NCBI GenBank assembly: GCA_951406725.2
Contig: OX597835.1
Span: 42,532,001-42,596,000 of the forward strand
Direction: 5' to 3'
From: Octopus vulgaris
Taxonomy: Eukaryota
DNA length: 64,000 nucleotides
Under the pieces are notes generated by a model. It was not told where the DNA came from and did no database searches. It saw only the letters and a program-made list of their open reading frames with translations. Below are positions 12,470 to 25,484 of this stretch, one piece after another. Within the stretch, counting starts at the first letter, position 1. Every line of letters begins with the position of its first letter. Position numbers and translations under genes: made by a program.

Positions 12470-14130
12470 GCATCATCATCACCACCACCACCACCACAAC
12501 CACCACCACCACCACCACCACAACCACCACCACCACAACCACCACCACCACAACCTTTATCATCATTTAAAATTATCTGTGCATCGTTATCATCATCATT
12601 ATCACCATCATCATCATCATCATCATCATCATAACTTCCATCATGATCATCATCGTCATCACCATCGTATCCTACCCCCTCTTCCTCCTCCTCCTCTTCC
12701 TCTTCATCATCATCATCACTGCCATCACCACCACCACCACCATTATCATCAGTGTCACTAACATAATTACCATCTGTTCCGTCACCAGCATCATCATCAT
12801 CATCATCATCATTATCTTCATCATCACCATCACTGCTGCAACCTTTCTTGTAATCCTCATAGTCACAACCACTACTAATACTACCACCACCACCACCAAG
12901 AGCTACAGGAGCAGCAGTACCACAACCACCACTACATCTACTACAATGATGACTATCATGAATAGCGTTCTTAGAACCACCGCCACCACCACCACCATCA
13001 TCATTACTACCACCACCTTCACTGCTATCACACCACAACCAACACTACAGCCATCATCATCATCATCACCATCATCATTGTTGCTATGATTAGCAGTAGC
13101 AACAGCAGCAGCAATAGCTTCAAAGATATCACCACCACCACTACCACCACAATCATCACCACCACCACCACCATCACTATTATCACTGCCACTACCACCA
13201 CCCTCACCACTGCAACCCTCACCACCACCACCACCACCACTATTGTTATAATCACCATATTCATTACCATCACCATCTACCTCACCATCATTCCCACCAC
13301 AACCATGATCTCCATTGCTACTACAACTACACCACTCTTACCACCACCACCACCATAACTACTGGCATCACCACCACCACTTCAGCCATCATCATCATCA
13401 TCATCACCACCACCATAGTGATGATGATAATTGTCGTCGTCATCACCACCACGACCACTATCATCATCACCAACTCCAACACCATCACCACTACAACCAC
13501 CACTTCCACCTCCACCATACAAGAATGCTCTTGAACTTTAGTTGACCTTTAGTTTTGGTGTCAAAGGTCATTTGTTGGTATCACAGTTTACAGTGACCTT
13601 CAGTAAAATGTGAAGGTCACATGTCCAATATAATTGATGAATTCTAGATGAGATTAAGGAGTGGGATGACCAGATGAAAAATTAACCTTTGATTCATGGT
13701 GACCTTTAACTGCACGGAGTGACCTCTTATGACACACCATTGCTATGACCTTGAGTGTCAAAATAAGAGTTTCAGTCACACCACCATCACTGCCACCATC
13801 ACCATCATCATCACCACTGACACTGTCTCCATCATCACCACCATTACCTCACTGAACACTATCACCACCATCATTTCCATCACCATCATCATCATCATCA
13901 TTGACAACACCATCACCCTCATTATCACTATCACTACCACCACCACCACCACCACCACCACCATCATCATTGTCATCGTCATCACCATCACCTCCATCAC
14001 TCATCACCAACATCATCACTGTCGTCATCATACCATCAACACCACTGCCTTCACCATCTCCATCACCACCATCATTGTCAACCTCACCATCGCATCATCT
14101 TCACCACCACCTCACCTCCACCATCACCCC
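12470..14130. repeat. Large compound (CAC/CAT)n trinucleotide region
   Basis: Low-complexity triplets. Confidence 0.95.
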
Positions 14131-14935
14131 AATGAGTTCGATTAAAATTCTGCAGAATATAAAGTGCTTCTGATCAGTTTGATCAATGGATGTATCCATG
14201 GGAGGTGAAAAGGCAAGTGTTCTGGAAATGAGAGACAAAACTCTCCAGGAGCGGAAACTAAGCACTATTCAATCACAGACAGACTTTCCTGCAGAAGGTA
14301 TTGAACTCAAAACTGCAAATCAACAATTTAATTATCAATGCCATGGCACTGCTCTTGTTTACAATGGTTGACTGCACTACACTTGGTACCTATATTTAGT
14401 TTGGTGAACTGAGTAGTCAACAGTTACATATATAACAGTTATATATAATAGGCAGTTGAGTGAACTATACCATATGCTTCATAACCATGCACCATGTGCT
14501 ACATGTTCCCTCATTATATGCTACTAAACATGTACCATTGCCAAACACTAAATCACAAATACACACCTACCATGCACCATATGATATGTATCACTACCAT
14601 ATCTTTATGCACATGTAATGCTACCATACATTATGCAAAAACCTGTAGCATTGTCATGCTCAGTATAACACATGTAGCATCGCCATATACCATAAACTAC
14701 ATGTCACACTATTAATACCTTCAAAAATATATCAAAACAAAAGTAAATACTTTTGCACTTTAAGTGTGGTACAACATGAAGAAAAGAATATAGCCATCAA
14801 TATTTTGAACAAGAAGCCCTTTGTCAGGAGAGAGAAAAGAAAAAAATATAAGTATTACTAATAAAAGTTCTACACTAATTTACTAAGTAATCAGGGTTGA
14901 CATTTGGCTTTGAACTGCAATATCATTTGTTCCTA

Positions 14936-14969
<34 letters not shown>

Positions 14970-15395
14970 CAAAGAGAGAGAGAGAGATATAGATTTATAG
15001 TAGTATAAAATACAATTATAATTAGAGGCATAGAAGAGGTCATGTCTATGCTGAAAATAAGCATTAAATCACTTAAACCACTTAAAGTTATCATTTCTTT
15101 ATAGTACACGTGTTGAAATTAAGGGAGTAGAATCACAGAAATTCAGAAAATAATACAACTGGTAACCTTGGATTGATCAATTTCTAGATTAGTCCAATAA
15201 CTTTTTAACAGCTTGGGTATGAAATACAAAATATATATATATGTATACATGCAAAACAAGAGAAAGCACAGAATGGAGACTTTCAGATAATGAATATTTA
15301 AGTATAAATATATAAATAGTTATATAAACGGATCAAGCTTACACAGAGTACAAATGACAGAGGAGATTAAAGGGGATGAAGTAAGGTCTTATAAA

Positions 15396-15520
15396 CCCAA
15401 CAGCTGTTTCCGGGGACTCAGAGATCCATCATAATGTTGGTAGATGTAGTTCACTAAAATATGCAGCTGGTAATGGAAGTAAATAATTCCTGGATAAACT
15501 GAGCCTCTGTCATCAGGGAA
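15396..15520 (-). ncRNA. Hammerhead motif with long stem II loop (degenerate paralog at 28603-28735)
   Basis: Minus strand ttcc-CTGATGA-cagaggctcag...ctgagtccccg-GAAA-cagctg-TT-ggg, with a perfect palindromic stem III. Confidence 0.6.
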
Positions 15521-15591
15521 GAAAAAGATCTTACATTTCAGATCCTAATACAAAGAAGGTCAAATGTGGAATTCATCAATCCATATACATT

Positions 15592-15626
<35 letters not shown>

Positions 15627-16691
15627 TATACATATATAATAAACATATGTATGTGTGTATATATCTATGTGTGTGTGTCTTTGTGTTTGCCCCCATGAAT
15701 GATTGACAACAGGTGCTGGTTTGTTTACATCTCCCTAAACTTAGCAGTTTGGCAAAGAAAGATCAATAAAATAAGTACCAGGCTTAAAATATACTGGGTC
15801 AATTCATTCAACTAAAACCCTTCAATGTGGTGCCCCAGCATGGCTACAGTCTAATCAGTGAAGCAAGTAATAGATATAATACACACACACATATTATATA
15901 TATATATGTACAGGCTGAATAAAACTGAAGATTTGGTTATAAAATGTTTTTTATAACATCACGAATTACATTATTTTTACAGGTGTTTCACTAGCATAGA
16001 CTAGTGTTTTAATGACAATTGTTACATAGATGATCGCATAACCACTTTTTAATGCCAGATCATCAGAAGAAAATGTAATTTTATTCATTGTTGGTCACCA
16101 ACATCAGTTGGTAAGCAGAGCCAAGCTAAAAACTAACAACATATATATATACTATTCGCCTTTACGATAATTTCAAAGTTTTGGCTTGCTCACCTTCACC
16201 AGGCTGTGTTTTACATTAGGGTATTTTGACTTTTTATAATCTTTGATATTTTTTTTTTCTTGTAAGTTGGAGTATTGTGATGATAATTAAGTTTGGTGTA
16301 AGTGAAAAGGGGAAATAGAGGAGGATAGAAGGAATGAAAATGTTTGTATGGTGTGGGTTGATAGAAAGGTATAGTGAAGAGATTTATTTTGGTATGATGT
16401 AGGAATTTTTGTATTTAAGGATGGTTTTCGTGATACTTTAAGCTTCAAAAGAAGATTTGTAGATAATATAGTTGATCACTCATAGATTAGATTAAGGTTG
16501 GATTTAGTGTTAGTGTTATTAGTATTCTGTTTAGAAATTGTAAACTAGATATTTTGGGATGTTTTATATTAAAGAGACTGTTACTATGAACATTTAATAG
16601 GGTCTTCAATTCTCTTTCTAGTAAGGCTTATTTGTCTTTTATAAGCATTAGACAAAGGCATACACTAAACTGTGATGCTATACATCTAGAT

Positions 16692-17177
16692 CAGGGGTCG
16701 CCAAACTTTTTTGACCATTGACCCCCTTTAGCTACTTCTTCCACATCAACCCCCTTTAGCTTCTTCTCTTTCCTCATTTAAAATACCTTAATACCCTACC
16801 CTACCACACCATAATCATACCTTAAATGCATACTGGGTACTGATGTTGGCAATTAAAATGTTAGCTAAAATATACATGTACGACAAATTAAGAAATTCTA
16901 TTGAAGATGACACACTTTTTACATTTAAAACTTTGTGAATGAGTATACAGTATTAAACTCTCAATTTTTATGAAATTGTTACCATGGAAACAAAATGTGA
17001 AAAATGCATCATGTTTTCCGATGTTTCATAGTGCCGACAAAATATTTCAAGCAGTTTATCTGGGTGAGCTGGCCTTTCGCATGCCAATCCCTATTTGACC
17101 CTTTGGCTATCATTGAACCTCTTTAATTCCTCACTGACCTCTAGGGGGTCGCTCGGACCCCATTTTGGTGCCCCCTG
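16692..17177. mobile_element. hAT (Charlie-type) MITE
   Basis: TIRs caggggtcgccaaa / tttggtgccccctg. 8-bp TSD ATCTAGAT / ATCGAGAT matches the NTCTAGAN Charlie target preference. Confidence 0.85.
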
Positions 17178-17759
17178 ATCGAGATGAAGGGATACGGCTG
17201 ATGGATGTTTCCATAGGTATATGTGGTAAAATGAGACACAGATGTATAAACAATGTATAAATATAGAAATATATACACATATACACAAAAATGTGTACAT
17301 GGGTCTATGTAAACACATGTGTGTATATATATATATATATGTAATACATATGCATGCATTCATACCCAAACTTCATCACCTGGTCATTCACTCACATTGT
17401 CAAGGGCACACAGACACAGTCATATAGAGATGCACACACCCACATCTATATATATAAATATATATATATATATATACCTGAGGAGACCCCTTCAGTCATG
17501 AATGACCATGGGATTGCACCTAGAAAGTTACCCTCCGAGGCATAAGTCACAACTCATTTCAGTAGCTGAGTTAACTGGAGCAACGTGAAATAAAGTGTCT
17601 TCCTCAAGAACACAACATGCAACCTGACCTGGGATTCGACCTCACAACCTCACAGTCGTAAGTTCAACACTCTAACCACTGAGCCATGCGCCTTCACACA
17701 TATATATATATACATACATACATACACACACACACATATATGTATACATACATACATAC

Positions 17760-17798
<39 letters not shown>

Positions 17799-17862
17799 AT
17801 ATTAATTTGAGACATACATACATATAGACATACACACACACACACATATACACACATATACA

Positions 17863-18388
17863 TCCCCATATTGGAGTATGGGATTCAAGCCTCTTCTCCT
17901 TATCTCCTCAAAGACATACAGCATCTCGAAAGAGTCCAGAAGCTGGCTACCCGCATGGTTCATGGTCTCAAAAATTTGTCCTATGAAGAAAGGCTGAGGA
18001 CGCTTGACCTTTATTCTCTTGAAAAACGCCGCCGCCGTGGTGATCTTATTCTCGCCCACAACATCATAAGCGGAAAGTGTAACCTCTCGAAAGAGCTGTT
18101 CTTCACTCCTGCTCCAGAGCGTCGGCTGCGGGGTCATTCCGAAAAGCTCTACCTGCGACGATTTCATCTCAATCGAAGGAGAGGAGCTTTCTCCGTCCGG
18201 GTTGCGGATCCGTGGAACAAGCTGCCAGACGAGATGGTGAAGATGCCGACGACCGCTTTGTTCAAAGCCTCCCTTGACCTCAAGTGGCCTGAACTCTTTA
18301 CATGAACACCACCCTGTACTTAACTCCATGTCCCCCTACATGGCCTTGCTATTTGCTTTTGAGCCAAATTAACTAACTAACTAACTAA
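17863..18388 (+). mobile_element. 5'-truncated CR1-clade LINE (C-terminal ORF2, 3' UTR, (AACT)n tail)
   Basis: Open ORF 17871-18305 EYGIQASSPYLLKDIQHLERVQKLATRMVHGLKNLSYEERLRTLDLYSLEKRRRRGDLI...RGH..KL....FSVRVADPWNKLP is the classic CR1 ORF2 C-terminus. It ends in aactaactaactaactaac and is CpG-rich, which suggests a young copy. Confidence 0.92.
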
Positions 18389-18442
18389 CATATATATACA
18401 TATATATACGTAAATATATGCATACATATATACGTGTATATG

Positions 18443-18474
<32 letters not shown>

Positions 18475-18815
18475 CATACACAATACACATGCATAAATAT
18501 ACTTACACACACACACACATATATATATAACATAAAGTAAGTTAGGGGTTATGGGTGCAACCCACTAAGGGATAGTATTTATCCAATATACTGTGGTTAA
18601 ATTACCCAAATTCTTAATACATAAATGTTTTTAATTGCAATGCAATTAACTTATTTACTGTATTAAACGGGTGAAGGTAAAGAAATATTTTACCATTAAT
18701 TTATAATACAAATAAGAAAATGGAGAAACAATTTAGTTTGTTCATCAACTTTCGGATATCAGAATGTTGGATTATTTATTCATTTAACAAAATGAGAAGC
18801 TTAATAGCATACATA

Positions 18816-19210
18816 TACTCTTTTACTTGTTTCAGTCATTTGACTGCGGCCATGCTGGAGCACCGCCTTTAGTCGAGCAACTCGACCCTGGGATTTATTC
18901 TTTGTAAGCCCAGTACTTATTCTATCGGTCTCTTTTGCCGAACCGCTAAGTGACGGGGACATAAACACACCAGCATCGGTTGTCAAGCAATGCTAGGGGG
19001 ACAAACACAGACACACAAACATACACACACACATATATACATATATACGATGGGCTTCTTTCAGTTTCCGTCTACCAAATCCACTCACAAGGCTTTGGTC
19101 GGCCCGAGGCTATAGTAGAAGACACTTGCCCAAGGTGCCATGCAGTGGGACTGAACCCAGAACCGTGTGGTTGGTAAACAAGCTACTTACCACACAGCCA
19201 CTCCTGTGCC
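18816..19210 (-). mobile_element. SINE family A
   Basis: Full-length reverse copy. Confidence 0.9.
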
Positions 19211-19556
19211 TATATATACCTTATAATTCAATACATATAAGATAAGAATACAAATTATAAAAATAATAATATAATGCACACACACACGCGCGCATATATA
19301 TAAGAGCTCATACTATAGTAATCCTCTCAACCTGTTCTGATAATTGCCACAGTTACCTTAACTCCTGGCATGAAATTGATTTGTAAAGTGGTTGATATGA
19401 GGATGTGAATATTCTCTATTTAATTGACAGTAAACGTATATCCACTTATTCTATCAACCAAGAGATGAGGATCTGTGCTTTTCTGACTCATAAATTTTTA
19501 TCTAATATATATGTATTTATAGATATATGTATGAAGATATATATATATATAAGTAT

Positions 19557-19932
19557 GGAGTGGCTGTGTGGTAAGTAGCTTGCTAACCAACCACATGGTT
19601 CCGGGTTCAGTCCCACTACGTGGCACCTTGGGCAAGTGTCTTCTACTATAGCCTCGGGCCGACCAAAGCCTTGTGAGTGGATTTGGTAGATGGAAACTGA
19701 AAGAAGCCCGTCATATATATGTATATATATGTATGTGTGTGTTTGTGTGTCTGTGTTTGTCCCCCTAGCATTGCTTGACAACCGATGCTGGTGTGTTTAT
19801 GCCCCCGTTACTTAGCGGTTTCGGCAAAAGAGACCGATAGAATAAGTACTGGGCTTACAAAGAATAAGTCCCGGGGTCGAGTTGCTCGATTAAAGGTGGT
19901 GCTCCAGCATGGCCTCAGTCAAATGACTGAAA
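19557..19932 (+). mobile_element. SINE family A
   Basis: Full-length forward copy, inverted relative to 18816-19210. Confidence 0.9.
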
Positions 19933-20284
19933 CGTATGTATGTATGTATGTACATACGTATGTATACATGAAGAAAAAAAGGGATTAAAAAATCCAGGCA
20001 CATATCAATAAAGCACTCAGTGTTAAACGAATTCGGTTAATTACATCAAAGAATTGGACACCAATAAATGCAAGTAGAATACACATCCAAGATAATTCCT
20101 TGTATATGGTAAATAGATCCAAATATCATTTGAAAGAATTTCAAGAAATTCAGAGACAACAAAAATAAATTTGCTATCTTCTATATCTAAATATGTTGAT
20201 GCCACTGAAACGATTGTTGGCTTTGTATGGTGAATCCAACAATTAAAGATGTGATTTTCTCTATCCATATTTTTATTTGGCTCC

Positions 20285-20478
20285 TATGCCGGTGGCACGT
20301 AAAAAACACCCACTACACTCACGGAGTGGTTGGCGTTAGGAAGGGCATCCAGCTGTAGAAACACTGCCAAATCAGACTGGAGCCTGGTGCAGCCTCCATG
20401 GCTTACCAGATCCCGGTCGAACCATCCAACCCATACTAGCATGGAAAACGGATGTTAAATGATGATGATGATGATGAT
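20285..20478 (+). mobile_element. SINE family C 3' part (ggttggcgttaggaagggcatccagc...gcatggaaaacggacgttaaa(tga)n)
   Basis: Recurs at about 20810, 25555, 30660, 39800, 44150, 59250 (minus) and 59630; (GAT)n tail. Confidence 0.8.
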
Positions 20479-20732
20479 ATATATATATATACACACACAT
20501 ACACACAAACATGTGTATAAATATTTATATATGTAGACACATACACGCACACACATGTATATTTCCATCCAAGACAGAGATGAATATCAATAATACATGT
20601 GACAGGCTTGGAAAGTGTTAAGGGTTTTCTCTTAACATGAAACCAATGGTAGCCTTAACGCATAAAAAAATGATTTTTATCCATTATCTATCAATGCAAT
20701 GCTGGGCACTCATTCTTATTGTTTGATACTAA

Positions 20733-20790
<58 letters not shown>

Positions 20791-20965
20791 TATACATATC
20801 CCACTGTGTAAGGTGGTTGGTGTTAGGAAGGGCATCCAGCCATGAAAAACCCTGCCTAAACAGACAATGAAGCCTGGTACAGTTTTCTGCCAAGCCATTT
20901 CCTGTCAAACTGTCCAACCCATGACAGCATGGAAAATGGACTTTAAAGAGTGATGATGGTGATAA

Positions 20966-21002
<37 letters not shown>

Positions 21003-21347
21003 AGGGATGACCACTGAATGGTCACCCCCTTATATGTTTGTAATATAATTTTTCTGAATCTTCAGATTTTTTCTATATGCTAGACCACTGGTTTTAAATT
21101 GATATCAATCAAATTAATATTCAATTTTTCACCCTTATTATTTTCGTGAGTACCACTGGCGATTTCTTTTCCTCCGTCTTCCCTTCTCGGGATCTTTCCT
21201 TCTCCTATGTTTCCGACGAAGAGCTCCACTCGAAACGTCAAACCCTCCTTCTTTCCTGAGCATCCAATAATACTTTATTTGTTCCACGTCCTCGCGTTGT
21301 TGTGTTTTTTTGTTTTTGTTTTTGTGTTTTCTTGTTTGGATTAACTC

Positions 21348-21396
<49 letters not shown>

Positions 21397-21589
21397 GTAA
21401 ATTCACACACACACACACACACATACACATGTATACATACACATTGTGATAGTATTGAATTTGTTTCGCATACATCAAGATATAATTGTTACGAGAACAC
21501 AATTCAGGTAAGCCTCCTCACTCTCACTACTACTCCATCACTAAAGGCACCTCCGCTTCCTCCACCTCCACTTTCTGTTGCATATGGGT

Positions 21590-21882
21590 CATCAGCATCA
21601 TCATCATCATCATCGTCATCATCATCATCATCGTCATCATCATCGTCGTCATCGTCGTTGTCTTCAACATCATCGTCATCGTCATCATTGTCGTTGTCTT
21701 CAACATCATCGTTATCATAATCATCATCATCATCATCATCGTCATCATCATCATTATCGTCATCGTTGTTGACTTCAACATCATCGTCATCATCATCATC
21801 ATCGTCATCATCGTCGTCATCATCGTCATCATCATCATTGTCGTCATCGTCGTTGTCTTCAACTTCATCGTCGTCGTCATCG

Positions 21883-21913
<31 letters not shown>

Positions 21914-21962
21914 TGTCTTCAACATCATCGTTATCATCATCATCATCATCATCATCATAATC
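21590..21962. repeat. (CAT/CGT)n array with a tcttcaac higher-order motif
   Basis: Low-complexity triplets. Confidence 0.95.
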
Positions 21963-22389
21963 AACAAGCTTGTGCTCCTCAGTTTCTTGTGGGAGGACGA
22001 GAAAATATAATGTTTCACAAACAAAATATTTGTTGTTTGTTTGAACGTATCCATGGCAGAACAAAAAAAAAAAAGAAAAGAAAAAGAAAAAAATAAGAAT
22101 CAATAACTCCCAAGTCAATATCTCCATGGCAACTCGAACAAGATAAAAACATTTCTTGTTAAAGATGTGACAAGGTGTGAGAGGACCGCTGTTACCTGTT
22201 CACTTAGCTACAATGGCCTGGCTAACGAATGCTTAGAGTGAAGTGGATGTCGGGAACTGAAGTGGAATGTCGTTGATCAGATGGCTGGTTGGTTGGGCTT
22301 AACCTGGGGTTAAATGACAATACCAGCAATAGCAACAACAGCAACAAAAGATACCCATTTTAGTAAGTAAAGAGTGGTCTATCTATCCA

Positions 22390-22432
<43 letters not shown>

Positions 22433-22533
22433 GTCTATCGATCTATCTATCTATCCATCCGTCTGTCTGTCTGTCTATCTATCTATATATCTATCTATCT
22501 ATCTGTCTATCGATCTATCTATCTATCCATCCA

Positions 22534-22565
<32 letters not shown>

Positions 22566-22588
22566 TCTGTCTATCTATCTATCCATCC

Positions 22589-22637
<49 letters not shown>

Positions 22638-22733
22638 CCTATCTATCTATTTATGTCTGTGTCTGCTTATCCATCTGTTTGTCTGTCTATATATATCTAT
22701 CCATTGTGTGGCACTTTCAGCAAGTATCCAATC

Positions 22734-22805
<72 letters not shown>

Positions 22806-22807
22806 TA

Positions 22808-23034
22808 ATTCTTTACTAACCACAAGGGGCTAAACACAGAGGGGACAAACAAGGACAGACAAAGGGATTAAGTCGATTACATCGACCCCAGTGCGTAACT
22901 GGTACTTAATTTATCGACTGCCGAAAGGATGAAAGGCAAAGTCGACCTCGGCGGAATTTGAACTCGGAACGTAACAACAGACGAAATACGGCCACGCATT
23001 TCACCTGGCGTGCTAACGTTTCTGCCAGCTTGCC
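22808..23034 (-). mobile_element. SINE family B
   Basis: Reverse copy of 28935-29168. Confidence 0.85.
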
Positions 23035-23036
23035 AG

Positions 23037-23079
<43 letters not shown>

Positions 23080-23205
23080 GAGAGAGAGAATAGATGGTGA
23101 TACAATATCCAGGTAGTTATGATTCAAGCACTTGATAGTATAAATAATGATAAAATAAATTATGCAGGTGTGCTAATCGCTGTATTCAGTGTCACTGTAT
23201 ATGCA

Positions 23206-23258
<53 letters not shown>

Positions 23259-23396
23259 GTTACGAGAACACAATTCAGGTAAGCCTCCTCACTCTCACTA
23301 CTACTCCATCACTAAAGGCACCTCCGTTACCTTCACCTCCCCTTTCTGTTGCATATGGGTCATCGCCATCATCGTCATCATCATCATCACCATCAT

Positions 23397-23433
<37 letters not shown>

Positions 23434-23462
23434 GTCATTGTCTTCAACATCATCATCATCAT

Positions 23463-23627
23463 CGCGCAGGAGTGGCTGTGTGGTAAGTAGCTTGCTAACG
23501 AACCACATGGTTCCGGGTTCAGTCCCACTGCGTGGCACCTCGGGCAAGTGTTTTCTGCTATAGCCCCAGGCCGATCAATGCCTTGTGAGTGGATTTGGTA
23601 GACAGAAACTGAAAGAAGCTTGTCGTA

Positions 23628-23690
<63 letters not shown>

Positions 23691-23910
23691 CTGTGTGTTT
23701 GTGTGTCTGTGTTTGTCCCCCTAGCATTGCTTCACAACCGATGCTGGTGTGTTTACGTCCCCGTCACTTAGCAGTTCGGCAAAAGAGACCGATAGAATAA
23801 GTACTGGGCTTACAAAGAATAAGTCCCGGGGTCGATTTGCTCGACTAAAGGCGGTGCTCCAGCATGGCCGCAGTCAAATGACTGAAACAAGTAAAAGAGT
23901 AAAAAGAGTA
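23463..23910 (+). mobile_element. SINE family A
   Basis: Full-length copy with an expanded internal (TA)n. Confidence 0.9.
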
Positions 23911-24207
23911 ATATATATATATATATATATATATAAATATATTTATATATATATATATGAGTTTTTATGATTATGTATAGAAGAATAGATTAATCATTGA
24001 GATTCCACCCTAGTGTGATTTTCACATTTTATTATTTACAATTTTGCAATATTGTAATAATAGAATATTATATATATATATATATATATAAAAAGCAATA
24101 AAGATTCAAGTTAATTTAAATGAATTTACTTGAATATGGTACCTAACTTAGATGCACCAAAAAAAACTATACTGTTTTAACAATACAATAATGTGGGGTG
24201 ATTATAA

Positions 24208-24677
24208 GCGAGAAAGAAGCAACAAGAATGGATAGGTTTTTAGTACAATCGTTTCATACAAGGACAGGCTTTATTAAAAGTTGCAAAAATTACAGCATAT
24301 AAACGTGTCCTGTACTCATCAGCTAAAATACATGTGAGTTCTCTAGACATCCTATTGGTTGAGGCTATACTCATGAAGTAGATAATTAAGTAACATAAAC
24401 AGATTTCAAAAGTTCATTAAAGTTCTTTAAAGATGATGTACAGTCTTATCACAGAATTTTAAAAAAGTTTTAACAGCATCACAGAGAAGGTGACCTAATC
24501 CATAGTGCACATATGAATTTCCAGAGATATGATGAGGGATTACATACTCACATGTATTTTAGCTGATGAGTACAGGACACGTTTATATGCTGTAATTTTT
24601 GCAACTTTTAATAAAGCCTGTCCTTGTATGAAACGATTGTACTAAAAACCTATCCATTCTTGTTGCTTCTTTCTCGC
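24208..24677. repeat. Perfect 132-bp inverted repeat (24208-24339 / 24546-24677)
   Basis: The arms are exact reverse complements by inspection, with a 206-bp spacer. Confidence 0.92.
24557..24647 (+). ncRNA. Type I hammerhead ribozyme motif with long stem II (antisense twin at 24238-24328)
   Basis: ttttag-CTGATGA-gtacaggaca...tgtccttgtat-GAAA-cgattg-TA-ctaaaa: 6-bp stem I, intact core, about 10-bp stem II, near-palindromic stem III. Confidence 0.8.
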
Positions 24678-24972
24678 GTATATATATATATATATATATA
24701 TCTACTAGCTGGCCCCGTGTCATCAAAAATGACGGATAATTGTAGTATATTATATATAAATAAGGTACATAATAATCACACACACAAATATTCGCATACT
24801 TCCCTTGTACATGCACACACATACACAAAGAGTTAAAATGCTGATTTCTTTTCACCCCTTCCTTCCTTATTCATCTATTAGCCCTTCCTTTCTCTTATTG
24901 CTATTACTCTCACTACTTCTCCTACACTGAATTACTGTTTTCTCTCCGTCTTCACGTCCCACATAATTCTGG

Positions 24973-25019
<47 letters not shown>

Positions 25020-25024
25020 CATAC

Positions 25025-25055
<31 letters not shown>

Positions 25056-25167
25056 CATATATATATATACATATATATATACACATATATATATACATAT
25101 ATATATATACACATATATATATACATATATATATACACATATATATATATATATACATATATATATA

Positions 25168-25309
<142 letters not shown>

Positions 25310-25445
25310 CACTACGCTTATTATTATATTAGGAGATATATTGTGATAAAACTAGTACTTTCAAACATTATGCAATCATCAGGTTCATGTAGTGACAGTC
25401 ATGTTTCACAATTGACAACTCTATGTGTGTGTGTGTGTATATATA

Positions 25446-25484
<39 letters not shown>

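Noticed and set aside
20190-20225. GAAACGATTGTT resembling a hammerhead 3' half (similar at 36060 and 55800)
   Set aside because: No intact CUGANGA or paired stem I nearby; could be chance.
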